From contig CP089281.1 in the NCBI GenBank assembly GCA_023920165.1, positions 248,001 to 312,000 of the forward strand: DNA of 64,000 nt. Reading direction: 5' to 3'. Below, piece by piece: positions 12,037-22,539 of this stretch; position 1 is the first letter of the stretch, and the number at the start of each line of letters is the position of its first letter. The notes under the pieces were generated by a model. The model did no database searches and was not told the origin of the DNA. It was given only the letters and a program-made list of their open reading frames with translations. A program made the translations under genes and the position numbers. This DNA comes from Curvularia clavata. Taxonomy: Eukaryota.

Positions 12037-14811
12037 ATGTACGCAGGGCAATCTGAACTGCATCAAAATCTGAGCCACAACACTGTCCAGAATGGGTCAC
12101 AGGGGTTTTTTGGAACTGTGCAAACTCTGAATGTCGGAAGCGTTGCATCTTTAGAAGGTATCCCTGATGCTAAAGACTTTGTTTCGCATAACTCTGACGA
12201 AATTTGCATAGACATTGAGGAGCTAAAAGCCAAAGCATGTCGGAATGCGATTTTCATTTCTGACCCCAAGGTTGACCGCGAGGAACTTATCAGCGCTAAA
12301 GGCATTATAGTGCCTGGAACATGTGAATGGATCAAGAAAGACAAAAACTTTAAGGCCCTAAAAAGGGGAAAATTTTCACTTCTCTGGATTACCGGAGAAC
12401 CGGGGAAGGGCAAAACGATGCTCTCGATCTTCATTACAAGATACCTCGAAGAAACGTATCCCAAAAAAAAGGAAGGAGAAGTCATATACCATTTTTGTGT
12501 GCACAAGAAGAGAGACACAGGTGCTGCTTTGCTTCGTGGTCTACTATATCAGATTCTCAACAAACGTCACGAACTTACCGAAGAAGTGTTTTCGTACTTT
12601 GAAACGCCCGAGAAGACGCAGCAAGCACTGTCTTCCTTAGAAGCTCTCTGGGTCATCTTTCTCAAGCTTATCGAGCACCCAAAACTAGGCGTCATATTAT
12701 GCATACTCGATGGACTCGACGAGTGCGATGAACATACGCGTAGGTTTCTTTTGCCGAGATTTGCACATTACTTCGGCTCCAGCCAAACTGCACCTCGAAC
12801 TCGATTCAGGCTTATCGTCATAAGCCGAGCCCTTGAAGGTTTAGAGAAATTCAAGAAGATTGACCTCGACAACGATCCTGAGAGAAGAGGCCGAACAGAC
12901 ATGGAGCTATTCGTGTGCGAGAGAGTGGATGAATTATTCCGAGAAAAGAAATTCCACAATTCATTCCGTCTACATGTGCAGAACACTCTGCTTTTCAAAG
13001 CCGATGATACATTCCTGTGGGTAGGCTTTGTCGTCAACGATCTACTAAAGTTGCGCACATGGAGCCAAGTACAAAAGCAACTGGAATCACTCCCGGATGG
13101 ACTTAGCAGCATTTATGCGCGGATGTTATTAGAAATCCCGGAGAAAGAACGAGAAACGGCTCTGTCCATATTACGGTGGGTCTGCATTGCCCGGGAACCC
13201 CTGAGCCTGCTAGAGCTGGCTGAATTGATGGCTCTCCAACAACGCGGCCCTGGCCCCATCACATCCACAGGACCCAAGAGAGCCCTCGATCTTGTTGATC
13301 TCAAGCAAGAGGCCAAAGACGCGGTAACCGTATGTGGGCAGATCTTGAGATTGAAACATGAAGTAGTCACTTTCGTTCATAAAACAGCGGGAGACTTTCT
13401 AATGCGTAAAGAAAGAGAGGAAAACGAAGTACTCAGGGTCTTTCAACTGGAGTGTGAAGAGGCGCATCTTCTGCTAGCGCGAGCTTGTCTCCAATCCATT
13501 GCGCAAAGCGAGTTGTACACTTCGATTATCGATCAAAACCGACCATGCGCCCCAGGACATTCACCGTTCCTCCGTTATGCGATAGAATATTGGCCCCAGC
13601 ATGCTCAGAATTGCTGCCATAGGGCCAGCGATCTCTTTGATGACTTTTGTGCTGTTTTTGATTCCAATCCTGGCTTGCGCCAATATTGGTGGAAGGAGCA
13701 TCGCTATCTTTTGGCAAGACATTTTGATTGGCTGCACCCTATCCCCTTACTGAACATGGTAAGCTATCTGGGAATAACACCCTGGATAGAAGCGCTGGTG
13801 CAGAGAAATCCCTCGGGTACCGACATCGTAAATGAGAAAGACAGAAGTGGTAAGGGGCCAATAGAATGGGCTTGCAAAGGAAGACAAGAGAAAGCAGTGG
13901 AAACATTACTTGCACACATAGCCCGTATCGACAAGACTAAGCAGTACAGTTCTCTTATCAACAAAGCCATCGAATGGGGCAACCAGAAAATCCTCAGGAT
14001 GCTCGCAGAAAAGGGAGCAAACTTCAATGGTTCATGGCTACATAGGGCAGTCTGGCTCGGAAGCGAGACGGAAATATTCAAGTTACTCTTGAAAAAGGGT
14101 GCAAAGCTCGAGTCTAGGGACAAAGATGGACGTACGCCACTCTATCTTGCTGCGGAACTAGAAAAAGAAAGAATAGTGTCCTTTCTCATTGACGCAGGAG
14201 CGGATATCACGACCAAAGATAGTGCCTGCCGAACATTGTTACACGCTGCATGTTCTTCGAACATGGAACGCTTGGTGCGGAAGCTCTTGCATATGGAGCT
14301 CGATATTAGAGCGAAAGACAAGTTCAAAACTACCATGCTGCACGTATTAGCTCGCGATAATCTTTTCAGGGAGTACCGGCCACTATTCCGACTTCTAATA
14401 TCCGAGGGAGTAGAAGTCGAGGCGAAAAATTGTCATGGCTCGACGCCTCTGCATATGGCAGCTGCATCACACAATTTTGCACTTGTGGGACTCCTCATTG
14501 AGTATGGGGCAGACGTAAACGCGCAAAACAGATTCGGAAACATGCCACTGCATTCAGCCTTGATGTATGGCGGTTATGGAAAGGTAGCGAGGATATTGGT
14601 TCGCAATGGCGCTGACGTGAACGCTCCGGACGACCGGGGATACATTCCACTCAAGGATTGCATTCAGAAACATGAACCCAAGTTCCCAATCTTAGATCCG
14701 CAAGCACGAGTTACATCTTGTGAGTGTGTTAGGTGGAAACTCAGGGACGTAATGATGGCTAGAGAGTTAATAAAATCTGGCCTCTTCGAGATAGGCAATC
14801 CATTTGAATAG
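12037..14811 (+). CDS. Fungal NLR: N-terminal amyloid motif (R0), NACHT, ankyrin repeats
   Basis: Pre-NACHT SDPKVDRE..KG..PGTCEW, Walker A GEPGKGKT, Walker B ILDGLDEC, FLWV. About 10 ankyrin-like repeats (e.g. GRTPLYLAA, GSTPLHMAA, GNMPLHSAL). No folded N-terminal effector domain is evident. Confidence 0.93.
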   Translation: MYAGQSELHQNLSHNTVQNGSQGFFGTVQTLNVGSVASLEGIPDAKDFVSHNSDEICIDIEELKAKACRNAIFISDPKVDREELISAKGIIVPGTCEWIKKDKNFKALKRGKFSLLWITGEPGKGKTMLSIFITRYLEETYPKKKEGEVIYHFCVHKKRDTGAALLRGLLYQILNKRHELTEEVFSYFETPEKTQQALSSLEALWVIFLKLIEHPKLGVILCILDGLDECDEHTRRFLLPRFAHYFGSSQTAPRTRFRLIVISRALEGLEKFKKIDLDNDPERRGRTDMELFVCERVDELFREKKFHNSFRLHVQNTLLFKADDTFLWVGFVVNDLLKLRTWSQVQKQLESLPDGLSSIYARMLLEIPEKERETALSILRWVCIAREPLSLLELAELMALQQRGPGPITSTGPKRALDLVDLKQEAKDAVTVCGQILRLKHEVVTFVHKTAGDFLMRKEREENEVLRVFQLECEEAHLLLARACLQSIAQSELYTSIIDQNRPCAPGHSPFLRYAIEYWPQHAQNCCHRASDLFDDFCAVFDSNPGLRQYWWKEHRYLLARHFDWLHPIPLLNMVSYLGITPWIEALVQRNPSGTDIVNEKDRSGKGPIEWACKGRQEKAVETLLAHIARIDKTKQYSSLINKAIEWGNQKILRMLAEKGANFNGSWLHRAVWLGSETEIFKLLLKKGAKLESRDKDGRTPLYLAAELEKERIVSFLIDAGADITTKDSACRTLLHAACSSNMERLVRKLLHMELDIRAKDKFKTTMLHVLARDNLFREYRPLFRLLISEGVEVEAKNCHGSTPLHMAAASHNFALVGLLIEYGADVNAQNRFGNMPLHSALMYGGYGKVARILVRNGADVNAPDDRGYIPLKDCIQKHEPKFPILDPQARVTSCECVRWKLRDVMMARELIKSGLFEIGNPFE

Positions 14812-15222
14812 AAAATCAATCAAATTCGTCTTTACTCGAATGGCTCAAGTACAATGAACAAGAGCAATAAAACAGTAAAACTGATCGGAATTCAGAATGC
14901 AAGGCTCTGAGCAGAAGGATTTGGGGATAAGACTTTGGTCAACTATGTGCTGTCACGCGCAATAGTATACAGGTGATCGTCAGCAAATCAACTTCCAAGA
15001 GAGATTCTAGTAATCAAGTGTCACACGAAGCTGTGAAAATGTATCAATGCACTGCCTTTATGAGAATAAAAAAAGCGTACATAAGTGATCAATCACCTTC
15101 CGGTATCGCCAACACGATGATCTTGACTACAGTACCGAAAATGCAATTCAATTGCTATGATATCTTTGGCGCGGAACAGCCGCAGCATGCCACTATGCCA
15201 TCACTCTATTTCACCCTCGAGC

Positions 15223-16041
15223 CTAGCACGTAAACACCGATGGACCAGGCGACGTATAAGTCTTACTTCCCGCGTACAGATTGTACACAATACCCGCATC
15301 ATTCTGCTTGTATGCTCCCGGGAAGGAGACAGTCGCAGGTGTCTTATCAGCAGAGCCACCCACAACGTTAATCTGAGCGCATTCCTACAACACATGTTAG
15401 CATTTCCCATTCGGTTAAGACAACACAACGATAGTCTTACCATGTAGAACTGCGCTCCCATAAGCTGGCTCGCGGCGTGCAGCGCAATCAGCTCGCCCCT
15501 GAGCAGATACTGGCCTGGTGCAATGCACTTGGGGATGGTGACCGTCTGCACACCCTGGTTTGCAATCAGGCGGTCGACACCCCATTTTGTGCCGTCGAAT
15601 GCGTCTTGGGCGATCTTGAACCAGCCGCTGCCGACACCCGTGTCAGTCTTGGCGTCGCTGACCTTCTTCAAGTAGGCCATTACGGGGCCCTTGTGCGAGG
15701 CATCGACGACATCGTTGGGTCCAGAGGTGAGAGTGTGGCGCCATGTCATCGTTACTTGGGAGCCGGCTTGGACGGTTATGACGGTGTTGGTTTTGGCGGG
15801 GCCATCGTTGGGTGGGCCGTTGCAGGCGATGGAGTTGCTGGTCACGTCGCTGATGGGCTATTGTTTATGAGTCAGTGGGAGGAAAAGAAGAGTAGTTTTG
15901 GGAGATGGAAAGACGTACGCCATCGTAGGTCGGAACGCGGACGCCGTCGCCGACAGCACCACCGTTGACACTGAGGAAGATTGTGTGGGCAGAAGCAGAC
16001 GATGCTGCCGCAGCGAGGACAAGAGATGTTGAGAATTTCAT
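15223..16041 (-). CDS. AA9 lytic polysaccharide monooxygenase (3 exons)
   Basis: Signal peptide [18 protein letters not shown] followed by His1 (HTIF). Motifs [27 protein letters not shown] and FPGAY; ends PGPSVFTC*. No CBM1. Confidence 0.95.
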
Positions 16042-16695
16042 TTTGATATTCTACTCGCCGGTCGTATGTGGTTGGAAGTGAGCTCTCAAAGCCAACTTGA
16101 TGTGGACTCCATCGCCTTATAAACTACTTTCCCTTGTCTATTTTCCATGGCTTCGGGCCCAAACCCGAGGTCAAAAAGCCCACTAGACGTCGAATGACAG
16201 CTTACTAGCATTTCGGGACCTTAGTCCTCCCGAACTGTATATTTCAAAGAAGTGGAGAGTTTCGGCTATATCCACCAACAGAACGATGATCTAGCTGCTG
16301 CCCATCCCCTCCCGAAATTCTAGCGAGGCAGCTTTTCCATCTTACATCCGGAGCGCGCGCCGCCGACAAAGTGTAGTCGCGAAGATATAGATTAAGCAAT
16401 ATGGAATGTACGTCAGGGATTCTTCGGAGTTTTAAGCGACACCGACCCTGGCCAATCGCAACGCCAGATGTAGATTACAGGACATTGCAAAGGCCAAGAC
16501 GCTCAGGACTTAGTGCCACTTTATATGAGGGGGCTTACTTGTGACCTGGTTACGTGCTGCCACGAATGTCCTTGCCGAGACGAGACGATGGTGTGCGTCT
16601 AGGTGGCCGTGGGGAAGCGTCATGGCTGAACGGAGCATCATGCCAGGACGTTCGTTTTCTACAGCGCTGGCTCGCCGACACTGCGTATCGAGTGC

Positions 16696-18948
16696 TCAAA
16701 CAAGCGTAATATCTTCGAATTCGGTGCCATCCGTCGCCACGACCTCCCCCTTCATGATTCCGTGAACATATGCTTCACCCAACAGTTCAAACTCCTGGTT
16801 CACACTACTGTCACGCTTTCGCCGCAACACAAACGGCACACAAGCTCGATCAAAGACAGCAATCTCATCGCCGACTTCAGCGCCTCTGGGAACTAATGCA
16901 AAGTAGCCTTCCTTAGTTACAGCGAACCGGCGCATCTTCAATGCGGCCCGAACTGCCGTTTGCAAGTCCTCTAAAGTCCTAGCTGGCTTCCGGGTTCTGA
17001 GGTTTTCAAGTGTAAAATGACCCTTTTGACGCCGTGCACTAATAGTCTGACCAGGCAGGGAAGGCGTCTGGCCTGTCGTTGAATCGAGGATCAAGCCAAA
17101 AGCTTCACTGTGATCGGGTGTGGGGGTTGAGGTGCCTGAACCGTCTCGCCCAGCCAGTATGGTGTAGAAGAAAGCTTCATAAACCGATACACCGGATAAG
17201 AGATATTTGTGCCACTGCCTCGAAGTCAAGGTCAGGTCAACATATGACTGCAGATAGCGATTCGCGTTTCTGGGGTCGTCGATATCGAGAATAGGATTCT
17301 GACCGACACAGCCCAAACCAGTAATCGTGTCGAAAAGCTTTCCAGTCAATGTAAGTGCCTTCTTGTCTTCACTCAGCATCATTTTCGGCCGCGCCTTCCC
17401 AGTGACGGGTCTCCCGCCAGCGCAGAACAGAGCCCAGGCTTTCGTCGAATAACCAAATGCTTCGGTCACTCGTGGTGTGCTCCAGTCTGGCACCCATGAC
17501 GGCTGCAGTGGTTGATCGTGATCAACACAGCTTAGAATTTCATATTGAAATGTTGGCAACTGTGTTATGCAAGCCTCGTGATATACTTCCCTTGTGGAGA
17601 TAGTGGGATTATAATTAGGGACAATGCTGGATTCGGCTATCCCAAGCACGCCGTAGACTTTGTCCTTGGGTTCAGTCGCCTGGGCATATCGCGTAGATAC
17701 CAGGATATCGAGAAGATATTTTCTCTGAGTGAGTACCTGCCCTTGAAGACGATCTGCCTGGATAGAATCAATAATCGCAGCTCCATGTGGCGGCAAGAGC
17801 TTTGCGTTCTGTTTGTGGAGAAATTGGCGATCCAAATCCTCGCTAGCAGTAAGCCAGCGGAGGATGCCAGTTTCTTCCAAACAGTAACACCATGACGCGA
17901 AGTCATCCCAACCAGCCGTAGCATTTCCGCACATGATGAAGAGGTGTTGTGACAAGACGGCTTCTTGTATCGTCCACAACCTACTGAACCATGGCCTACG
18001 TAGGACTTGGCGAACAGCCCACCATGCTTGGTCTAGGGCAGGAGGAAAGTCCAATCTGCCGAAGTCTGCTGGCGATACTTGCGCATCGGTTCCTTGCAGC
18101 CGGGCATATACAGTCTCCATTAAATCGAAGGCACAAACAGGATCCTCATCGTTGTCATCGCCTAGCCATATGAGCGTGTTGGTTGCATGCATATAAATCA
18201 TGCGCATTAATGGAATTTGCTGTCCCTTCTCCGCCAGATCCTGTTGATTGATACAAACCTGGTCAGTCCATACAAATACGCTCTTTTCCGTCAAGCGCAA
18301 GCGGCGCAAAGCACTGGCCAGGCTCTTTAAGATCTGTATAGATCCATTTTCTAGCCAGATAGTCTGGTCAAATAGGGGCGCACCCCAGACATAGCTGAGC
18401 GCAGTATACCACACCACACGCCCCGTGGCTAGTGAAATAGCATGATTCGTGCGTCTTGTATATGTGATGGTTCTTCTACTTGTATTGGCCGGATTATCGA
18501 GGGAATAGGCCACATGCTCATCCCTCGGTGGGTGCGAAAAGTCGATACTAACCGTGTGCAGCCTTCCTCGCAAGGGAGTCTCGGCATCACCGGCATAAAG
18601 CTCCAAAACACGTATTTCTCCTTCGCCAAGGGGTCCGTAAAGCGGAGATGAAGAGGAGTGGGTTTTGCCTTCCCCACTTTGTGACCGCTTGCGATCTAGG
18701 AACTCCGAGATATGGCCCAAAGCGATCACATCCACGATACCGTTAGCATCACTTGGGCCATCAGATGTAGCGGCCTTGAAGTCGGACGTTTTGGATAGCG
18801 CAGAGTAGAAACAATCACAGCCGTCTAGGGTAGTGAGTAAAACGGGTTGGCTAAATCTTCATAGTCATGTCACACCTTGTGGATTTGCTGCGCACGGACA
18901 TGTCGACGCGTGCTCTATATGCTGGTAGGATTTCTGTAAGTTGGTCAT
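16696..18948 (-). CDS. HET-domain (heterokaryon incompatibility, HET-6-like) protein
   Basis: Motifs YTALSYVWG, WTDQVCINQ.D..EK..Q...M..IY, RPWFSRLWTIQE, DKVYGVLG and GEAYVHGIMKGE. An inferred first exon 18948-18876 and intron 18875-18825 give an in-frame ATG start. Confidence 0.92.
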
Positions 18949-19303
18949 CTCAGTTGGTTGTGTGCGAAGATGAACAAGAGGCGATCCCGGCATGTTTTAG
19001 CAGCTACGATGACACAATGAACTAAGCCCTAAGGGGAATGGTTGCTGTTGCGAGATGTATAGGGTATTTGTACAAATACCGATGTTTGCGTAGAGGTAAT
19101 CGACTAATATTGAGCAGGCTTCTGCTGTTTGATCAATGCCAGACTAGTAATAAGACCAAGCCGTGTGCATACCTGCATGGCAATGGCAATAAACTCAAAT
19201 CCAGAAACACCCCTGATGCAGTCATTTCCCAATGCACTACGACATAACCAGATAGGGCAGACGACCATCTTAGCCGAAACGTCATTGACAATGGCTTATT
19301 TCC

Positions 19304-20624
19304 TTAGTCGAGGCCTGAAAAGTGCATGATGCCATGACCCTTTGCTTGCTGCCCCTTGTTCTTCTTTCTCTTCTTTCGCTTTTGTTTCGGCTCATCATCG
19401 CTGCTGTCATCCATGTCGTCACTGTCGTCGCTATCATCGCTGCCATGTTGGCGCTTCTCATTTGCAGTTTCCTCTTCATTCTCTTCTTCGTCTTCGTCGA
19501 CATCTTGCCAGGTCTGCTCGCCCCAAACCTTGACGGTCTTGCCACCACTGCTGATCATCCTGCCAGTGACATCAAAATCGAGCCCGATCACGCTCTCCTG
19601 TGACAGTTCATCATGCTTGAGCTCGGCGACAATCTTGTTAGGTCCAATCTTGGCGAAGCGGATATTGCCGTTGCCCATGCCTACTGCCACGATCTTTCCG
19701 CCTGGTCCAACACCATCAGGTACAACGGTGATTGCATCCAGACTTTCGCCGCCTCCCTTAGAGCGGTCGATAATGATGCGGTCGTCTTGATCGTCCCATA
19801 CGCCACGTTCCCAGAGTGTAAGAACACCATTGCTTGCGCCCACCACAACCTTTTCGCCCACATTAGTGCCCTTTGTAGAAAGACCCGTGACTATCGCAGA
19901 ACTGAGGAGCTCCTCCTCTTGATCCTCGCTACGAACCATAACTCCTCTCCGGATGTCCGTGACCGCCAGTGTACTGCCACCCGTGGTGACCCATTGTTTG
20001 CTGAAGCCGCTGGTACTTGCTTGTGTCGGCGGTAGTGCAGTGAGGGATGAGACATAGTCGTCGTGCGGGCGATGCGTGTTCTCAGGCTTCAGTGAGACCT
20101 TCTCCCCGCCTTTTAGATTCCTGATGTCGTAGATGTGTAGCGCTCCAGAGTCAGTCGTGAGGATGAGGGATTGTGGTGAGAGGGCGTGAACCAGTGTAGG
20201 TGCATCAATGCCGCCGTTGGAGCTGTTTCGCGTTAGTGGTGACTTCCCATAACCTCACATGTTCAAGAGAGACGTACGGATCCAGTGGCACGGCGATCTT
20301 GGCGGTGACTTGACCTGTTGTCGAATCTGCGACCTTGACGATGCCATCGGTGCCTGCGGAAATCAACGATGCGCCATCAACGCTGTAGCCCAGCGTCCGG
20401 CAGCTTCCCTTGTGTCGCCTTGTGCGCCAGGCCCTGTCTATGGTTCCGAAGCCATTCTCCGACGCCAAGGTTGTATCGTCGTCGTCGTCGCTTGCGCCAG
20501 AGGGCAGGCGGTAGGTGTGGACGTCGCCGTTTGCGAGGCCGACTGCGACAAGCGGCTCCTGAGGATGGACCGTCTGCACAAAGATGTCGTGCTCTACAGG
20601 AAGAGCGCACAGGTTCTCGAACAT
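19304..20624 (-). CDS. JIP5: WD40 repeat protein JIP5/WDR55 (ribosome biogenesis)
   Basis: [30 protein letters not shown] and an acidic/basic tail ending FSGLD. One intron at about 20278-20222. Confidence 0.85.
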
Positions 20625-21429
20625 GATTGTGTTGTGCCAATGGAGGGTTGGATGAAGGTCGAGTGCATTTCCCTTGGGCGACAGCTTCAACAATTTTTGT
20701 GGAGCCGCGGTCCAGCGCATGGCAGCCGCAGCCGCAAGGCTTGGCAGGCACATGGCACTCGACTAACATTCCTTGCCTCCTCCATCGCCCATCTGGATGG
20801 ACGCTGCATGTAAATTCTGGTTTCTCGAGAATCATCTTCCTTTGGATGTCGCATGCGCTGGTAATATACCTCCGCCTGACGTTGCTTTGATGGATAACAA
20901 CCCTACAAGGAGCCCTCGCGAAACCACGGCCTCCCATCGTCTTCGTTCCACAACATCTTCACCATTGCATCCCTTTCTAGCTGGCGAAAGGACGCCTTGA
21001 TTTTCCCAGATGGACCCAGTCGCCCCAAGAACCGGGTCAGTGGAGCGCCAGAACTCGATGAGCCGCATGCTGAACACCTTGAACAACTGTTTGCTCCCAA
21101 TCACAAGGCTCCTGTAGAACACGCTCCTTGCCTATCAAAAGCCCCATCCCATCGCCCCCGTATTGCCTAGTCTATGGAATGTTGAAAAAAGGAAGGTCGG
21201 CAATCTGCCTCCACCCGTTAGGCTTGTCGAGGGAAAGCATCCGATTCACGTGGATTATTGATTGGCTCTCGCGAGCATCCCCGGCTCCTCGCCATCTCCA
21301 ATGCTGTACAATCGGCGCAATGACATCCGACTCCATCAAGCCTTTTAAGAAGAGGGAAATGGCTGTTAAATTGCACGGCTAGGCCACAGGTTCTTCGCAA
21401 TACAGGCATTGTCTCAAAAGTCGCTGAAG

Positions 21430-22539
21430 ATGCTTGCTTCGTCAATTCTTTATGGCCTGCTAGCTGCAGCGTCGGTGGTCAGTGCCAACCGCCACAACAG
21501 GGCTCTCAACTACACCGTTGTCACCGGCATCTTCCAGCAGGACGACAAGGCCACCGATCCTTCCAAATTCAACTTCACTGCCAGCAACTTTGGCCTGATT
21601 GACCGTGCCTACCCAAGCGACAACTCCTGTCCTTCTGGCAAAAGTTCGACTCAGTGGCAGCGCCTGGCTCATTACATTTCCACTCTGAACGACAAGTCTG
21701 GGCGCAATGAGCGCTACAGTCTCGTCTTCCTGGGCCGCCACGGCGAGGGCTTCCACAATGCTGCTGAATCTTACTTTGGCACTCCTGCCTGGAACTGCTA
21801 CTGGTCTGAACGCGATGGCAATGGTACCGTTACCTGGGCCGATGCCAAGCTGACAGAGGTTGGCAAGCAACAAGCACTGCTCGTGAACGCATTTTGGCAA
21901 CACCTGATCAAGGACGAGAAGATTTCTCCTCCCGAGTCTTTCTACACCAGCCCTCTGTACCGCTGCCTGGATACCGCAAGGCTCACATTTGAGGGTATCA
22001 AGTTCCCAGGCAAAACTCGCTTTGTCCCGGTTGTCAAGGAGTTTCTTCGTGAAGGCATCAGCGCGCATACCTGCGATCGTCGCCACAGCAAGAGTTATAT
22101 CCACAAGAACTTCCCTAGCTTCAAGTTCGAAAAGGGGTTTGCTGAGGAAGACCCCTACTGGACTGAGTTGTATGCCGAGCCGAGTGCTGCCCAAGATGCA
22201 CGCTCTAAGGTAGTCCTGGACGACATCTTCTCCAGCGACGACAGCACATATATTTCTATTACGTCGCATTCAGGCGAAATCGCCAGTCTACTACGCGGTA
22301 TGTTAATTGCGGAATAGTAACCAAATTCAGTATCTCAGTACTAACGCAATGTTCCAGTCCTTGGCCATCGCGACTTCAGGCTCAGCACCGGAGCCGCCAT
22401 TCCTGTGCTACTCAAGGTTACCACGCTGAATACGCGTCCTGTACCCACCACGACGCTACCCTATGAACCACAAAAGACGTGCGCCACACCTCCCGCCATC
22501 CGAGACTCGAGCTGCAACGACTGCTCTTGCTGCCTGTAA
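21430..22539 (+). CDS. Secreted histidine phosphatase / phosphoglycerate-mutase-like protein (PMU1-like)
   Basis: Signal peptide, then LGRHGEG (RHG motif), SPLYRC, HTCDRR and SHSG. Intron at about 22298-22357. The last exon ends SCNDCSCCL*. Confidence 0.88.

Noticed and set aside
11592..12056. 154-aa ORF and small hairpins between the HeLo-like gene and the NLR
   Set aside because: GTG start, overlaps both neighbours and has no recognisable motif. The hairpins are short and probably incidental.
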